A DNA stretch of 64,000 nucleotides from Styela clava (taxonomy: Eukaryota): positions 20,522,001 through 20,586,000 of the forward strand of contig NC_135261.1 in the NCBI RefSeq assembly GCF_964204865.1, in the 5' to 3' direction. Below the pieces are notes generated by a model that saw only the letters and a program-made list of their open reading frames with translations, was not told where the DNA came from and made no database searches. Shown piece after piece: positions 40,164-53,906 of this stretch. Made by a program: the position numbers and the translations under genes. Positions within the stretch are counted from its first letter, which is position 1. Every line of letters begins with the position of its first letter.

Positions 40164-43100
40164 TTATACGCTGGATGTCGTAGCTGAGCTTACACGACTG
40201 GTATGAGTACGTTTTTGTGGAGTTCCTGGCGGGACTGCACAAGGGTTCAATGATACAATCAATTTTTTAGTTTCCTTCCTCATTTTGCTGAAAAAAAATT
40301 TGATTATTACAAACTTTCAAACTCATATACGAACCCAATTTCTGGTAGATCAATTAGATTAGAACACACAGAGTACAGACGATCTCTAGAAAATATGGGC
40401 GGTGCTTCTGAGTTTACACGTGAACAGCTCAGATGAAAACATCGCAAGCCATTAACAAAAAGAAAATAAAAACAAATGAAAGCATATTAGACGCACTATA
40501 GAAATACATAATATTCACCTTGACGCGAGGTTATAAAAGACAGGATTGAGGCATTCAGAAAATCGCAACAAGATGTATTGTACCATTGCAAATTTCCAAT
40601 CAAACTTGTTCAATTCCGGATTACTTTCGTCAATAGTGAAACCAGTGTACCAATGAAATGCTGAAAAGTATAAAACCTCATATTTCCCGTTTTCAAATAT
40701 ATATTATTGGCCACAAACGGTGTTTAATCGTGAACAGCAAGAAACAAAAACAATTAAATTCGGGGTTTCAAATACACTACGTATGAATTATTTCGATGAA
40801 ATGCGAAACTCCACTCCAATTATTACATATAAATTACTATATTTACTCAATATACCAACTATTTTACATCTTATATTTTATTTTAGATAAAAATCTAGGT
40901 GGACATCATGTAAAAACAAGGGTCTCTGTTTTTTACCTATTTGAACTGAACCCCAATTTTTACTACTATTTTCGTCTTAGAATTACCCAATGTTTGCAAA
41001 ATATGAAAACTTACCTGTTACTGGAGCGTATCCGAGTAGAAACGAACCGACAATCAAGAACAATTGCATTATGATATGTTTATCTTTCTTCCGTCTGGAC
41101 TTGATCTGTCTGGATACAGAATTACTTGCATCTTGACTTTGCGATGCGGTTGTGTCCCCAGGTCGCTTGTGAGTAGCTAACTTAATTCCGATCGCAGCAG
41201 ATATGACGATGACCAATCCCGCAGGGACGTACAAAAAGATAGGATATGCAAATTGGATGTAAACCTGCCATGTACTGAACCACCTGCTAGCCAAGCTGCA
41301 AGAAGCCCATCTGGCCTGAGACGAATAACGGTCAACAACTTTCACTTCATTGAAGATAGCGTGGGGGATGAATCCACATCCAAATGATAACGTCCAAATT
41401 GTAGCCAACCAGAGCTAAGAAGTATAAAAATAATTGAATATTTTGAAATAACATTTAGGAAATATTTTATTAAAGGAATTGATTACCTAATTTTTTTTGA
41501 GTGTCATAATATTTCAAGAACACTCATCTTCAGAAAATTTTATTACCTATTTTATCGATTAAACTTAATATTAACTTCTTACTTTTAACTCTCCCATAGA
41601 ATAGTACTAACAATGAGGCTATTAATCGCAATTTCGACAACATATACTTGACATTTTTTTGATAAAGATTGCTCTTACCGCGATATGCTTTCCATTAATT
41701 TTCCTAAATGTTGTTGGCCACTGAACTCCAATAAATCGCAGCAGCGCAAAAGATAGAATATGCATAGCTGTTGCATATGATGTCCAGTAATCAACACCCC
41801 AGTAGAACTGAAAATTGATATTGCATGTCGGAAACGGATACGTAGACAGTAATAAAATCATATGAGAAAGATTGGCTGCACCTTTACAATCATTCCTTCC
41901 CGAAGGTGGCGTATATGGAAACTATGTCATTATACTGCACAAACAAATTGCGACAACGACACATAGTATATGCTTCTTTAACCAATGATCATTAACTAGT
42001 AGAACAGTTTTCTATTTTATAATTCGTTTGAGAATGGCATGATTCTATTTTAAACGACGACAGAGCCTGGTTGATTTTTGAAATTATATGCTATTGTATT
42101 AGAACAGGATATAACCTTATATGCCGTATTCTCACCTTGCAGAAGAAATCAGGCAGGGCAAAGTAATCGAATCCCCACGTTCTTCGATATAGGAAGAGAG
42201 GACTTAAAAGGGCGGAAGTGAGGTCAGATACGCATAGACTGAGGATAAGCGTGTAGTACTTCGTTCTGATAATAGTAATAAAAAGCCATTATTTTATTGT
42301 TTAAAGAAGCTCGTGAAATGAGTAATACCCATTCACCATACAGTTTTCTCGAAAAGTGAGTAGGCTGCTTTGAATATGAGTAATTATGAAATATATGGTT
42401 AGGTTTGAGCACGTAAATGTGTTTCTAGAAATAGATGCTAAATATTTTGCATTCCCTCGAATATGTTCAACTTTTTGAGCCTTTTTTCTCAATGAATATT
42501 TAATGCCAAATATTAGCCTCGATTGAATAAATACTTGACTATGAAAATAGGAATTAACTTCAGAATATAATTTGGATATAGATGTAATCTGATCATCACA
42601 ATCGATAATACAATTTGAAACTGCAAACATAGTTTTGGGGGTTGATGGTTTAACCAGGGTGGTTTTTATCCAAGCTTTCTAAACATACATAAATACCTGC
42701 ATATATAAAACAATCTGATCGAAATTTACGTCATATTGATAAAATACTCGAATTAGACAGTTTTTGGGTGTGACTATAGTCAAAACAAGTTCTTGACATC
42801 ATATGAAAATAAGCAGTTCAATAATTCCATATTAATTTATTGTGAAACACGATCAAAGGTTACAGTTTTGCCTTAACCACTCACCGTAGTTTTGACGATT
42901 TTCTTATGACAGCAATAGTAAGCGAATTTGCGACGGTCCCGAAGATCATCATGGCGAACAAGATGACGGCTGAAACAACGACCCATGCTGTCGTATAGGG
43001 CGGTTGCCATGGTCTAAAATGATAGATTGATTTATAAGATTATACAAATTAATGTAACTTCATTATCATGAAAAAGCTTAATACATTTTTCACTAAAAAT

Positions 43101-44745
43101 TAGTTGTAGAACAATCGTTCTTAACTGCAAAAAATAGGTTGCGACTTTCTCTATTCCATCCCGTGCATTAAGTATAAGGGAGATAGATAAACGTTGCAAA
43201 TACTTACCCAACTGTAGTCAATGAAGTACTTTTGATGTAAATTGAATTGTAATTTTTTCAATGTTATTTTGTTGGAATACGATTATAACGTCGTAAACAA
43301 CTTAAATTTAATAACAAATTGTGATAGAATGTCATAGTTTGTTTTAGAAAAGCCTTAAAAATTGTTATGTATGAGTGTTCGTTGTGTGGCAAAGATATAT
43401 GGTAAACAGGAACAAGTTATTGGAAACAGCAGGTATGTTGGATATGTGCAATCCTGCGTTGTTACTGGATTAATCATATGTTTTAAAACTTCCGAATTGA
43501 AATAAAATCATAATTTACATCACACTACAACTTGTGGTTTTGGCAAAATAATTAGAACAAAAACTGCTTTGATTGTCTATAATGTACAGGTTTGAGACTC
43601 TTGGTATTTTGATTTGTATAAATGGTGGTATCAGATTAATTAGAGCAAACTGTATTGGATGAAAGTTTGTCTATTCATTCAACAGCCCTACCATCGCGCC
43701 TACGTGGGTTTTGCTCTTGAACAGTGCGATGATGAAGTAAAGCGACGATATTTTTAAAGAAATTTGATATTATTGCCTTCGAGTGAGGAAATGACCTATA
43801 ATGTATTGGCTACGAAATGGTTTTCATCCCAGAATTGTCTTGAAGGAGGTGTCGAGTTGAATACAAAAACAAATTAAATTTCAAAGTCGCTGATGTCAAT
43901 TTTCATGTGAAGCGAATACATGAGCTTCATTTTTATTCACCACAGACAATTTAAATTTACTTTGGATTTTAAAAATGCAATTTCGGTTGTCGGCTTCTGT
44001 GTGACCATCGACTGACCTCCAATGTGAATACCGACCGAAAGTTTCCATACTGGGAATACAATCGACTTTTGTGACGTCTCGCACGCGCGGTTTCTAGATA
44101 GATATCTTTATTCATTGGATTAGTTTCCGCTGGCATTTGTACGGACATTTCACAGACGATAGGCAAGCATTGTGATAAAATGAAACAACTGAACCCTAGA
44201 ACTTGACTCGGGACAATTCCTATCGCTTTCCAATATTCGTAATTGATCTGATGACAACTTTACGCCACATTGAAAGTATCGACAACATTGCATGACGACA
44301 GCGTGGTATTATATAAATTCAACTGGTACTTTATAGTTTTATACAACTTGACCCACAAAACCTATTCGTGGGTGTTTGGTCGATTCGAAGCGGACCAACG
44401 TAAAAACTTTCTAATGTCAGATCTCTTATACTAACTAAGGCATTTGATTGGTTTAGATTAGATAACTTCCCAAAACAATCGCCAAGCAGGACAGTCTGAA
44501 GTGGCGTTTAATACCTAAAGCGAATACAATTGTTGTGGTTGTTGTTATTAATGCTAGTTCATTTACAAATTTCAATACGATCAACAGAATCCCTGATTGA
44601 AAAGCGAGACATTCCGTATTTATCCTAAACTTCCAATATTCCTAAGGCTTGATATATAAAAAATAACTTACTCTCTGTATGTTGAATTTTCAGTCACAAT
44701 CGAATTCGCTCCGTCAGTAACCGTTATAGTTGTTGTTGACTCCAT
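40164..44745 (-). CDS. Class A (rhodopsin-like) GPCR, ghrelin/motilin-receptor-like, 375 aa; exons 44745-44672, 43013-42885, 42265-42136, 41807-41679, 41414-41015, 40660-40519, 40287-40164
   Basis: Phase-consistent GT-AG splicing (1128 nt). Features: N-terminal NST sequon, TM1 GTVANSLTI, TM2 SLCVSDL, FCK at the start of TM3, TSYATAMHILSFALLRF, an ECL2 Cys, TM6 FLLGYAP and TM7 LNPVFYNLASSKMR. Confidence 0.88.
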
Positions 44746-47218
44746 GAAATTGATATATTTGTGTCAGTTCACTAGTTCGCACTACGTATAACAATATATG
44801 CTACTCTGTTCTCGATCATTTCCAATTAAAATTATAGATAGAAGAAATATAATTAGGTTAAAAAACTTTCAACGGGCATTGTAAGGGGGCAAAGTCGGTC
44901 AGTGTTCACAGCAACAAACGCAAAACTCCTTTCGATTGTGCATGAGTATATAAAAGTAATGTACTACTTAAATACTAATTAATGTATAATTAATATTCAA
45001 GATCACCGTCGTTAGGATGCGACAATTGAAATGTGTATTAGAATCTAAAAGTCTTATTTATATATCGCCTGAGTATATATATATATATATTTATAAATAA
45101 ATATATCGCCTGAGTTTTCGAATATATAACTTCTGTTTTTCAAATTTGTAGTGGATGACTGATGTGACATCATGGTGCAGTTTTCATAAATTTCCACCAC
45201 GCGTCATAAAAGCATATTCATTTTAACGCCCTGATAGGCAAGCTATTCAAAAATCGAGTCGCATACACCCACTCACCGTCAAACTATGCGACAACAAATA
45301 TAGTAAACACACTACAACTTACTATTTCATTCTGAATGATTAGATTATTTTTATAAAAATTACTCTATTTGTAGAACCCCTATGCTGCTACCCGACGACT
45401 GTCGGAATTTTACAACTCTCTACAATTTCGACGCAGGTGCGTTAGTTAAATAGTTCCGACGCATACGCATAGGGCACGATTTGCGACGTAATAGGGTACG
45501 CAACGAGGTGCAAAGAGCGGTTGCGTATTCTGTCAGAGTCTTCCGTTTTCTTTAATATCCATGTAGGTTCGCCATGTTCTGATAACACATTATGACGCAC
45601 ACTACTTTGAAACAATGGAAAATTGCGTTCTTAATTGATAAACAACCTATCGGAAGTTGTCCTTCTGTCCTTCCTAGAAAAGGTCATTGAAAGCAGCATT
45701 GCGTGCCATGAATATACCACATACACGTTATCAAACGATCAAAAATCAAACGTGAAAAAGGAGGTGGATTTTAATTTTTGTTTGTTTAAATGAGAGTGTT
45801 GACGTGCATGGCAACATTACTCAGGAATTTACGTTGTGGTAAGTCCCCATTAAATTCGACTAATATTTTGACTAAAGCATGCATATCGTCATATATACGA
45901 AAAATCATTACTGAAATATATTAATTAAGATAATTATAGAGTTTTTTTGTTTCAATGTTTCAGCATCGCGATGCCGATACTACTTTCGGATATACCCGAA
46001 ACAGATTTCAAATGTGAAATTGCATCAAAAAAGAAAATTATGAATATTATTAGAATTACAAACACATTAAAATATTGGCAATACCTCTTCATAATAGTTA
46101 CGCTATAAAATCGTATTTTTTCGACTACCCATTACAAAAAATCAGACCCATACCTATATTGTATAAGCAGTCAAAAATTATTTTATTCTGTTGTCCAAAG
46201 TTCGCGCTTTGCGTACGAGTTTGGATCTTTGAAAAAAAAATTCGCGTTTCGGCCTATTATTCTGGAAACCATTCCCTCCGCCGATATATAAACTATATTA
46301 TTGCCTATAGATTTTCCTTCAGTCAGAATCTTTTTTGTTTGTAATATCAAGAACATGTGGATTTTTAGTTCGCGTCCATCATACAAATTCAGAATCACCT
46401 TCTCCGCCAATGCAATCATTATTCAAGTCACAAGACCTTATATATATACATGTATGTTTAAAATACTAATAATTGGGACTTTTTTCTGCAGGCACTCGTG
46501 AATTGAAACAAACGCCTACTTCTGTGGCACAAATACTGCATACGTGCTCCTAGCAGATATCAATCAGTATATTCCTCATATTTGGCACCATGTGATGGAT
46601 CAGCGTAGAAAGTAATCATCTTATTGTTATCCACGGGATTAGAGCACAAAATATTAACTGGCATGAAGACAGATAAGTGAGTTATTCTACATTATGTGTC
46701 TCACAGTGAGTCAGTGATCACACGTGTCTCATCCTACGCCGATCAAATTCGAACAGCAAGCTGTCGTTGAGTGAAGGCTAATCAAGTTCACACAAAAACG
46801 GGGAATACTGACTAAATATTTTTACCAAATCTATTAACCGATTGCTAAACAAAACTAACGTTTATTTTGGGATGTAAATCGGTGATTAACATAAAGCGCT
46901 GGTTTATAATAAATTTTAATCAGTCTTGAGATAATGCTCATCAGTAATTTCAAATCGGAAAGACCATATGCACACTTCCAATGTCTTTCTTTAACATCAA
47001 TTTTATCAAATAAATCTTTCATAGGATGATTTAATTCATCCTTATTTCCTTTACATCGGATATGGCTTTCATTTATTTCCGCTGTTATGCATGCCTTTCC
47101 TAATTTAAATTTTAATTAAGTATAATTACAACTCGAAAACAACTTAGTTTCAAAGTTAGATTTATTGATTGAATTTCTCCGCGCTGTTCATATGAATATT
47201 TAGATACATTTGAAATAT

Positions 47219-48029
47219 ATATCGTCCCGCTAATAACCAAATTGCGTAAGTCATTTTTGGCGATTTTGGGTTTTTTATAAAATAGGTATTAATTAATGTA
47301 ATGCTGCGCAACTGTCTGTTACCTCAGATTTTATTTTAAAAATTCCCAAACCCATAAAAATGGAGATTTAGTATGACATGCACTTTTATGCAATTGTTTC
47401 GTCATAATGAATTATCGTTGTTACCGCAGGATTATTGTGACGTCACAAAGGCAAAATAACCTCGGCGAAGTATTTTCGAGTTTTTGCATCTCGGATTCTA
47501 GCTTAGCGCGTATTAATTTTAATTTATACTACAGTATAGGAAGACGTGCACTTGTGATATTCCTGTCCGAGTCCAATTCATCTTGGTTGGCTTTTATATT
47601 GGGTGCATTGCTGTTTTATTCTTTATATTTAATCTTAGTCTTATTTCGGTGGGTGTGCAGAACGTGTTATATTGATGAAATATTTATTTTCAAACATAAA
47701 ATATATTGTAATTGAAACTGATTAGCTATTATGGGGATTAGACATTGTAGATACTGAGAATTACATTCGTTTTTGGAATGTTTAGTTTTCAGGACTGGTG
47801 CATATAGTAAAGTTGCAAAATTGCGTATGTCCCCAAGTCATAGACACATTTCTGCCTAAGTCACAGTGCGCCATTATGACGTCACTTAACTGCGTCATAC
47901 AAATTAACTTAAATCCGGCTACGATCAAAAAACACTCAATGGCATAACAATATCATTAGGAAGTTTTTTACGCTTTTCTCAAAACTGCTAAAAATGACTT
48001 ACGCAATTCGGTTATTAGCGTGGCGATAT
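47219..48029. mobile_element. Unclassified MITE with about 40-bp terminal inverted repeats
   Basis: ATATCGTCCCGCTAATAACCAAATTGCGTAAGTCATTTTT at the left end. AAAAATGACTTACGCAATTCGGTTATTAGCGTGGCGATAT at the right end. Confidence 0.8.
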
Positions 48030-48638
48030 GTAATTTTCATATCATAAAAATGCAGAATATATGTTCGTTCATTTCAAAGAGAACTTCTACATGCAGTCGA
48101 TGTCAATAATTTAGTACAATTCTATCTCGGAATAAGAATTCTTATCTGCCGATAACATAAAATATGTATTTAAAACATAATATTAACAGATAATAAAACT
48201 ACAGCATATCCTCTACTTCCTTCCAACCGACAAATTATGGACAGCAGTTTAGTCCTATTAATTCGTTTTCGTATTCAAGTACAAGTTACATTAAATATTC
48301 AAGACTTGAACATTTTCATTCAGACAGAATCATTATTTGAGCTATGTGTTGAGATTACATTAAATATTCAAAACTTGACATGACGGCATGTTAATTTTAT
48401 CAGCTATATATTTGATGAGAATGATAACGTTGGTTCATAACCATTTAGGCTAATTAAGTAGGGTAATCACAACTATAATCAAATGTGTTATCCATCAGGT
48501 ATAAACCACACTCGAGTATAAATGAATCGCCTCACCAAAACATGAACGAATGAACAATGACGGGATGGTGTTTACTATTTTTGGCCAATCAAACCAATCC
48601 CGACCACTATTTTTCCATTTGTTTCGATCGTTTTATAG

Positions 48639-48810
48639 AATTTCATTATATCAACTTCCCATCAGAAAGTATATGTTCATCAGCAATCTGGGTAGTTTAA
48701 GCTTCTATCCATTCAATGATAAATTTCATTATATCAACTTCCCATCAGAAAGTATATGTTCATCAGCAATCTGGGTAGTTCAAGCTTCTATCCATTCAAT
48801 GATAAATTTC
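48639..48810. repeat. Near-perfect 83-bp tandem duplication
   Basis: AATTTCATTATATCAACTTCCC...CATTCAATGATA starts at 48639 and again at 48722, with AATTTC microhomology at the junctions. Confidence 0.95.
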
Positions 48811-51019
48811 CCTGAAAACTATTTCATGAAGTAATCGGGAATTTTCATTCACTCATCGTTATATGATGGAGTATAACAATGACATGAAAATGGCTAATGC
48901 TACTAGGTACGTGATGCAAAAATTCAAACAGCACACTTATCACCAGAGCGAATAACGGTTATGGGTGTAAATTCTCTCACTAACAAAGTTTGAGATAGGA
49001 GTGAATTGCTAGTTAGCCAAATATTGTATTTCATTTACCTGACTGGCAGGAATATTATAGTTGATATGCGGGATGAAAAATTTCAAAATGATACACAATG
49101 AATCGATTATTATCAGCAATATTTTTTTCCAGATATTGTGAGCTGAGCGGATTATAACTTTCTCTTTCGGTAAATCCAATATTTTTTTATCAGTCCGCCG
49201 AGGTGAATATGTTGGAAACCACTGGTTTATACAACCATACCATTCACTGATAATACGTTGTTAAGTTTAAAAAAAACTTTGAGGTCAAATTGTTATTTTG
49301 CAACATCGTGCATTTGATTTGAGCCAGGCTTGTCCATGGGACATATTTTTCTGTCCCATCCCATCCCACAGCAATTTAGGCTTGTCCCATCCCATCCCAT
49401 GGGATTCTCATTGAAAATACAATTCAAAGAAAATCGTTAAATTTAGGCTCAACGTGTACTAAATATAGGGATACATGTACAAAGAGACATATAAAACGGC
49501 AAAATTTATTATTGAAAATTTCGAAATTGACCCGTAATTAATTGAAAAAATAAGGCAGAAAAATTCTAACAATGAGAACTATATAAACAGTAAAAACAAC
49601 AACAACATAATAAACCGATCAATAAAACGTCCACGAAATAGGGCCGCATGTACAAAGAAACATGCAAAACGACAAAGATTGTTGCCTTTTTCAACTTGAA
49701 ACATTCACAACTTTTATATAACCAACAAGAGAGCTATGCTCATATATACGAGTATGGACACGAAGTACATAACCAAATGTTTTACCATCAGTTCCAAGAA
49801 AATCATACGGTTTTCTGAAGAAAAATTGAAATTTTGGATGAAATATCAGGTCTTATAGGATTCAGAGAAAATTTGAGACAAACAAACGAAAGCTACAAGC
49901 CTTGTCGCAAAAATACAATCAAAGATTGGAAATTTCGAAATTGGTCCAGAAATTAATTAAAAATATAAACGTTTTTTTGTTCATAACGATAGGCAGGAAA
50001 ATCCCAACGATGAGAATTAAAGCAACAAAAAGAAATAATACTGTGAAAGTTCTGACAATATTTCTTTACCATGCTGCTGGAAGTTTCCTTGTCAATATCA
50101 ACAATAACTTTGTACAACTGATAGTCTAGGATGAAGTATAACAGCAAAATTAAATGAGATGTAGCACCATCAATTTCTAATTTGTCAAAAAAGGTTTTAA
50201 ATTTCTCATGTATAAAGATCATTCCTTTAATCTGAGCAAAACTCGGAATGTGATTCAGAAATTCCTCATCATCTTCATTACAGTAATGTGAGTAATTTTT
50301 CAAATGGGCATTGAAACGTCGGTAATATGATCGCCATTCCCGTGTTGCAGATTTTGTTGGTATAGAAAACGGGAGCTGTGATGCCTTTGACTTTGTAAAA
50401 TGTTTCAATATATGAAAGTTGGCACATGAATTGGTCCAGTTCAAAAATCACGCCCACTCTGAAGGTATCGGTAACGCATGTTGATAACCTGTGCTCACAG
50501 TACAACCAGATCGATGAATTTGTATATCGGTATCAAACCGTCCATCAAACGCGGCCTTCATGGTTGCTGCATTATCCGTACACACAAATAATGGACTGGA
50601 GAAAGTGGTAGACTAGATTCCGCAAGAAATTCACGTAAAAAAAAGCTGTGTGTAAATTTCGCAGTATGAGATTCACTATTATCAATATTAATAATAGTTA
50701 GAGGAAAAGTAAACCATTTCCAATTCTGATCTAGTCCACAGGCAATAATTCCACCATATGGCAACAGATATGTTTGTCTAGCAGACCAAAAATCAACTAT
50801 TCCTGAAATTGCACACTCTGGATCTTGTGCCATATTTTGGAACAATTTCTGAAATTGAAGTTTTGCTAATTTTCCTTGTTTCAGAATAGAACGAGACACT
50901 GTTTGTCGTGATATTGTGTAATTATATACCTTGTTTGCAGCATGGGTAGATCTTGCGATAAAGCTAGCAGCATCAATAGAATGTCACATCCAGCCGAAAT
51001 GGATAATGTTGGATGTGAT

Positions 51020-53906
51020 GAAAGTGGAGAGGTATGGGCCACCAAACTTTGGAGGGCCATACCGTTTTGGCCCTTTGCACTAAATAATCACTCTTTCACT
51101 CACTAACTGCTTGATACAGCAGCTAACCATCCCCAGCATTGTTTGGGGGTTTTCAGAAGTAGTTTTGGAGAAAAGTGAATTTTTCCACAAAGATGTCATT
51201 TTCACAAAAAAAAATTATCATGCGAGGTATGGGCCAGGCGTTGTCAAGTATGGGCCACCATAAAAAAACTAGAACCCAGTGCTTATTGTAAAACACAATT
51301 TTATTCAATGCCAAACTCCATTAAATAACACAATTTCTACAATCAATGAAGATGTTTTTTTTTAATGAAACTTGTGTAATATGCAACGAAATTATCTTCA
51401 ATCATAGAATAGCCAGTATATATATCCGAGAAATTTGCAGCTCAGCTACCTATGCCTCTCTGGCATCCACAGTACCCACAAATTCATATGTGACTGCTCT
51501 GTCACAAGTGAGTGCTGGATCTTTCAAAGAGCAAACAACATCATCCAAATCAATTTCAAAAATGTCACTTTCTTTAACTTGGAATTTAGTTTTCTCTAGA
51601 TTTATTGATCGATAGCCTTGGACTCTGACCCAGTCTTCATCTGGGTCATAGCTTTCCAAGGTTTGTACAACATAGCGGTATGTTATGGGCTGCCGACGGC
51701 CACCCTTGACCTTGACTAGCATCCAATCACCTGCCTTCATTTCTACTGGAAGAAACATCTCGTTAGGACTGACTTCAATTCTGTTTACTTCCTCCTCTAA
51801 CTGAAGCATTTCATTTCCTGAGCTCTCTAGCATTGCTACTGTTAGGTCATTGTTGAAGAATTCTAAGATTTTTCCTGCCTTTCTGATTTTTTTACTTTGC
51901 TTCACTATTTTTTTACTTTGCTTTAGTTCTAATTTATCTTTTTGAGGTGTTGAGGTTAGCACTACTGGAATTCTTTTTTCTCTACCTTTGCAGGAGTTGA
52001 GTTTTCGGGCAGGAGCCTTCGGCAATGGTCGTATAATTTCAGGGGAAACAACCGTTCGTGATGATCCTGGCAGGTCATCTGATTTGGCAGGAGTTCTATG
52101 CTGTTCCTGCTCTGAAGCATGTTCAAGAGGTTGATCAGTGGGTGATGCCCCCAAAAAGTCTGCCTCTGTAAACGCATCTGAGTTTGGCGGCCAGATTACG
52201 CTCCTTTCGAATCCCTTCACAATATTATGAATGGTGAAGGCTTTGTTGAAGGCTGTTTTTACTAGTCCGCTGACATCGTGGATCGAAAGTGATCTTCCAG
52301 GATTGGTCCGGTGCCATGCACATGCTTCGTTAGAATAATATGTTTTGAAGGGAAACATTACGCTGACGTCCAGGGGCTGCATTTTGTGAGAGCAGTGGGA
52401 TGGCAAAGTGACAATCGTCACTCCTGTATCACGTGCCTTGGTCACCACATCTAAGGTGACATGAGAGGCATGATTGTCAAAGATCAATAGTTGTGGGTTC
52501 TCTTTTGACGCACCCATTTGCTTGATGAAATGATCCAAGACAACCGGAAATTGTTCGCTGGTCATCCAGCCACTATCATTAGCTAGAACTAGTGTGCCAG
52601 GTGGAGCATTAGTTGACCAGAAAGCCTGGATTTTTTTTCGTGGATATAATAACACTGGTGCAAGCGCACGACCAGCTGCATTCACACATGCACATAGAGT
52701 AATGAGGACACCCCGCTCTGCAGAAGAAATTCCGCCAACCTGCCGTTCTCCCTTTTGGGCCAAAATTTTAGGTATTTTTGTTACTGTTGATACACCGGTC
52801 TCATCCAGGTTCCAAATGTTCATTGCTTCAAATGGATGTGTTTCAAGAGCACTCATATACACATCATTGAAAATTTTAACATTGGACTTGTTGAAGGCTG
52901 AGGCGCGAGCAAGGCTTGTCCCCTCTGCAACACGCAGAGATAAAGAGTGTCGATGACGAAAACCACTGGACCAGCCTGTTCCAGCCTTGCGATTTTCTGC
53001 CCATGTTGATGGAAATGTCTTTTCATTGACTACTGCAAATTGCCATGCCAATCGGCATAAGTCATCAACTGTCAGGCCATAAAACATTTTAGAACAATTG
53101 ATGACATAAAATGCCAAAACTTTTTCTTCTTCCTCTGAGAATATGGTATTAGTAAAAGTCTTGGATATATTTTTAGCTTGTTCTCCTGATGATGTAACTG
53201 ATAAATATCTGTCCAGGGTTGCTCTGCCTATTTTGTACAGACGGCAAGCTTCTCTTTTTGATATATTTCCGTCTCTCACTAGCTTTATTGCTGCATTCAA
53301 GTCGCTTTCACTGAATTGCCCTTTCTTTTTTCTTCCCATCATTCTGTTGTTCTCAATACCGCCTAATTAATAACGCTAGAATTACACTGCAGAAATACAA
53401 AAGAATGACAAAAAATAAAGACATTCTCATTATACATTACATTTTCTGAGGTCACTACCCATGTTCATAATGATTAACAAGAGTACTGACATGGTATGGG
53501 TCGGCCCATACCTCAGCATCTAAAATGGCCCATACCTTAAACACCCTACCCGCCATGTTTTCAAGCAAAATTTGACTACAAAAAAAGATGAGCTGTTTTA
53601 TCCAACACCCTCTTTAACAGGGCCAAGACACAGGTTCCTAGCCCTATGGCAGATTTTATTAAAGAACCACAACTGGTTGTGCTATCCCAAATATTCCAAT
53701 TTTTCAGAAAAAAGCTTTTACTACAGGAAATTACTTAGTACCTTATAGCTGAGACACCTTCAGAGCTGCTAGCCTGCAAATAGCATGTGTTACTTGGTGG
53801 GAATTGCGCAATAATCACACCAAGTTACAGGTGATGGTGACATCATAAAACTGTTGAACTGGCCATGGCCCACACCTCAAGGTGGCCCATACCTCTCCAC
53901 TTTCCC
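51020..53906 (-). mobile_element. pogo-superfamily DNA transposon
   Basis: 24-bp perfect inverted match GAAAGTGGAGAGGTATGGGCCACC (51020-51043 vs 53881-53904). TA lies at 53907-53908, and GTATGGGCC motifs repeat in both subterminal regions. Confidence 0.92.
51450..53342 (-). CDS. pogo/Fot1-like DD35D transposase, 630 aa, uninterrupted
   Basis: N-terminal psq-type HTH and a CENP-B-type HTH. Catalytic motifs are WNLDETG, IFDNHASH and QPLDV, with 35 residues between the second and third Asp. Confidence 0.95.
   Translation of the reverse strand: MMGRKKKGQFSESDLNAAIKLVRDGNISKREACRLYKIGRATLDRYLSVTSSGEQAKNISKTFTNTIFSEEEEKVLAFYVINCSKMFYGLTVDDLCRLAWQFAVVNEKTFPSTWAENRKAGTGWSSGFRHRHSLSLRVAEGTSLARASAFNKSNVKIFNDVYMSALETHPFEAMNIWNLDETGVSTVTKIPKILAQKGERQVGGISSAERGVLITLCACVNAAGRALAPVLLYPRKKIQAFWSTNAPPGTLVLANDSGWMTSEQFPVVLDHFIKQMGASKENPQLLIFDNHASHVTLDVVTKARDTGVTIVTLPSHCSHKMQPLDVSVMFPFKTYYSNEACAWHRTNPGRSLSIHDVSGLVKTAFNKAFTIHNIVKGFERSVIWPPNSDAFTEADFLGASPTDQPLEHASEQEQHRTPAKSDDLPGSSRTVVSPEIIRPLPKAPARKLNSCKGREKRIPVVLTSTPQKDKLELKQSKKIVKQSKKIRKAGKILEFFNNDLTVAMLESSGNEMLQLEEEVNRIEVSPNEMFLPVEMKAGDWMLVKVKGGRRQPITYRYVVQTLESYDPDEDWVRVQGYRSINLEKTKFQVKESDIFEIDLDDVVCSLKDPALTCDRAVTYEFVGTVDAREA

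Noticed and set aside
43207-43340. Strong GG|GTAAGTA donor in GPCR intron 1, same phase as exon 1
   Set aside because: In-frame stops lie just upstream and there is no usable ATG or clear acceptor, so an alternative coding exon cannot be supported.
53815-53906. C-terminal part of the 171-aa ORF 53815-54330
   Set aside because: It is read-through from the hAT pseudogene into the pogo TIR, not a real protein end.
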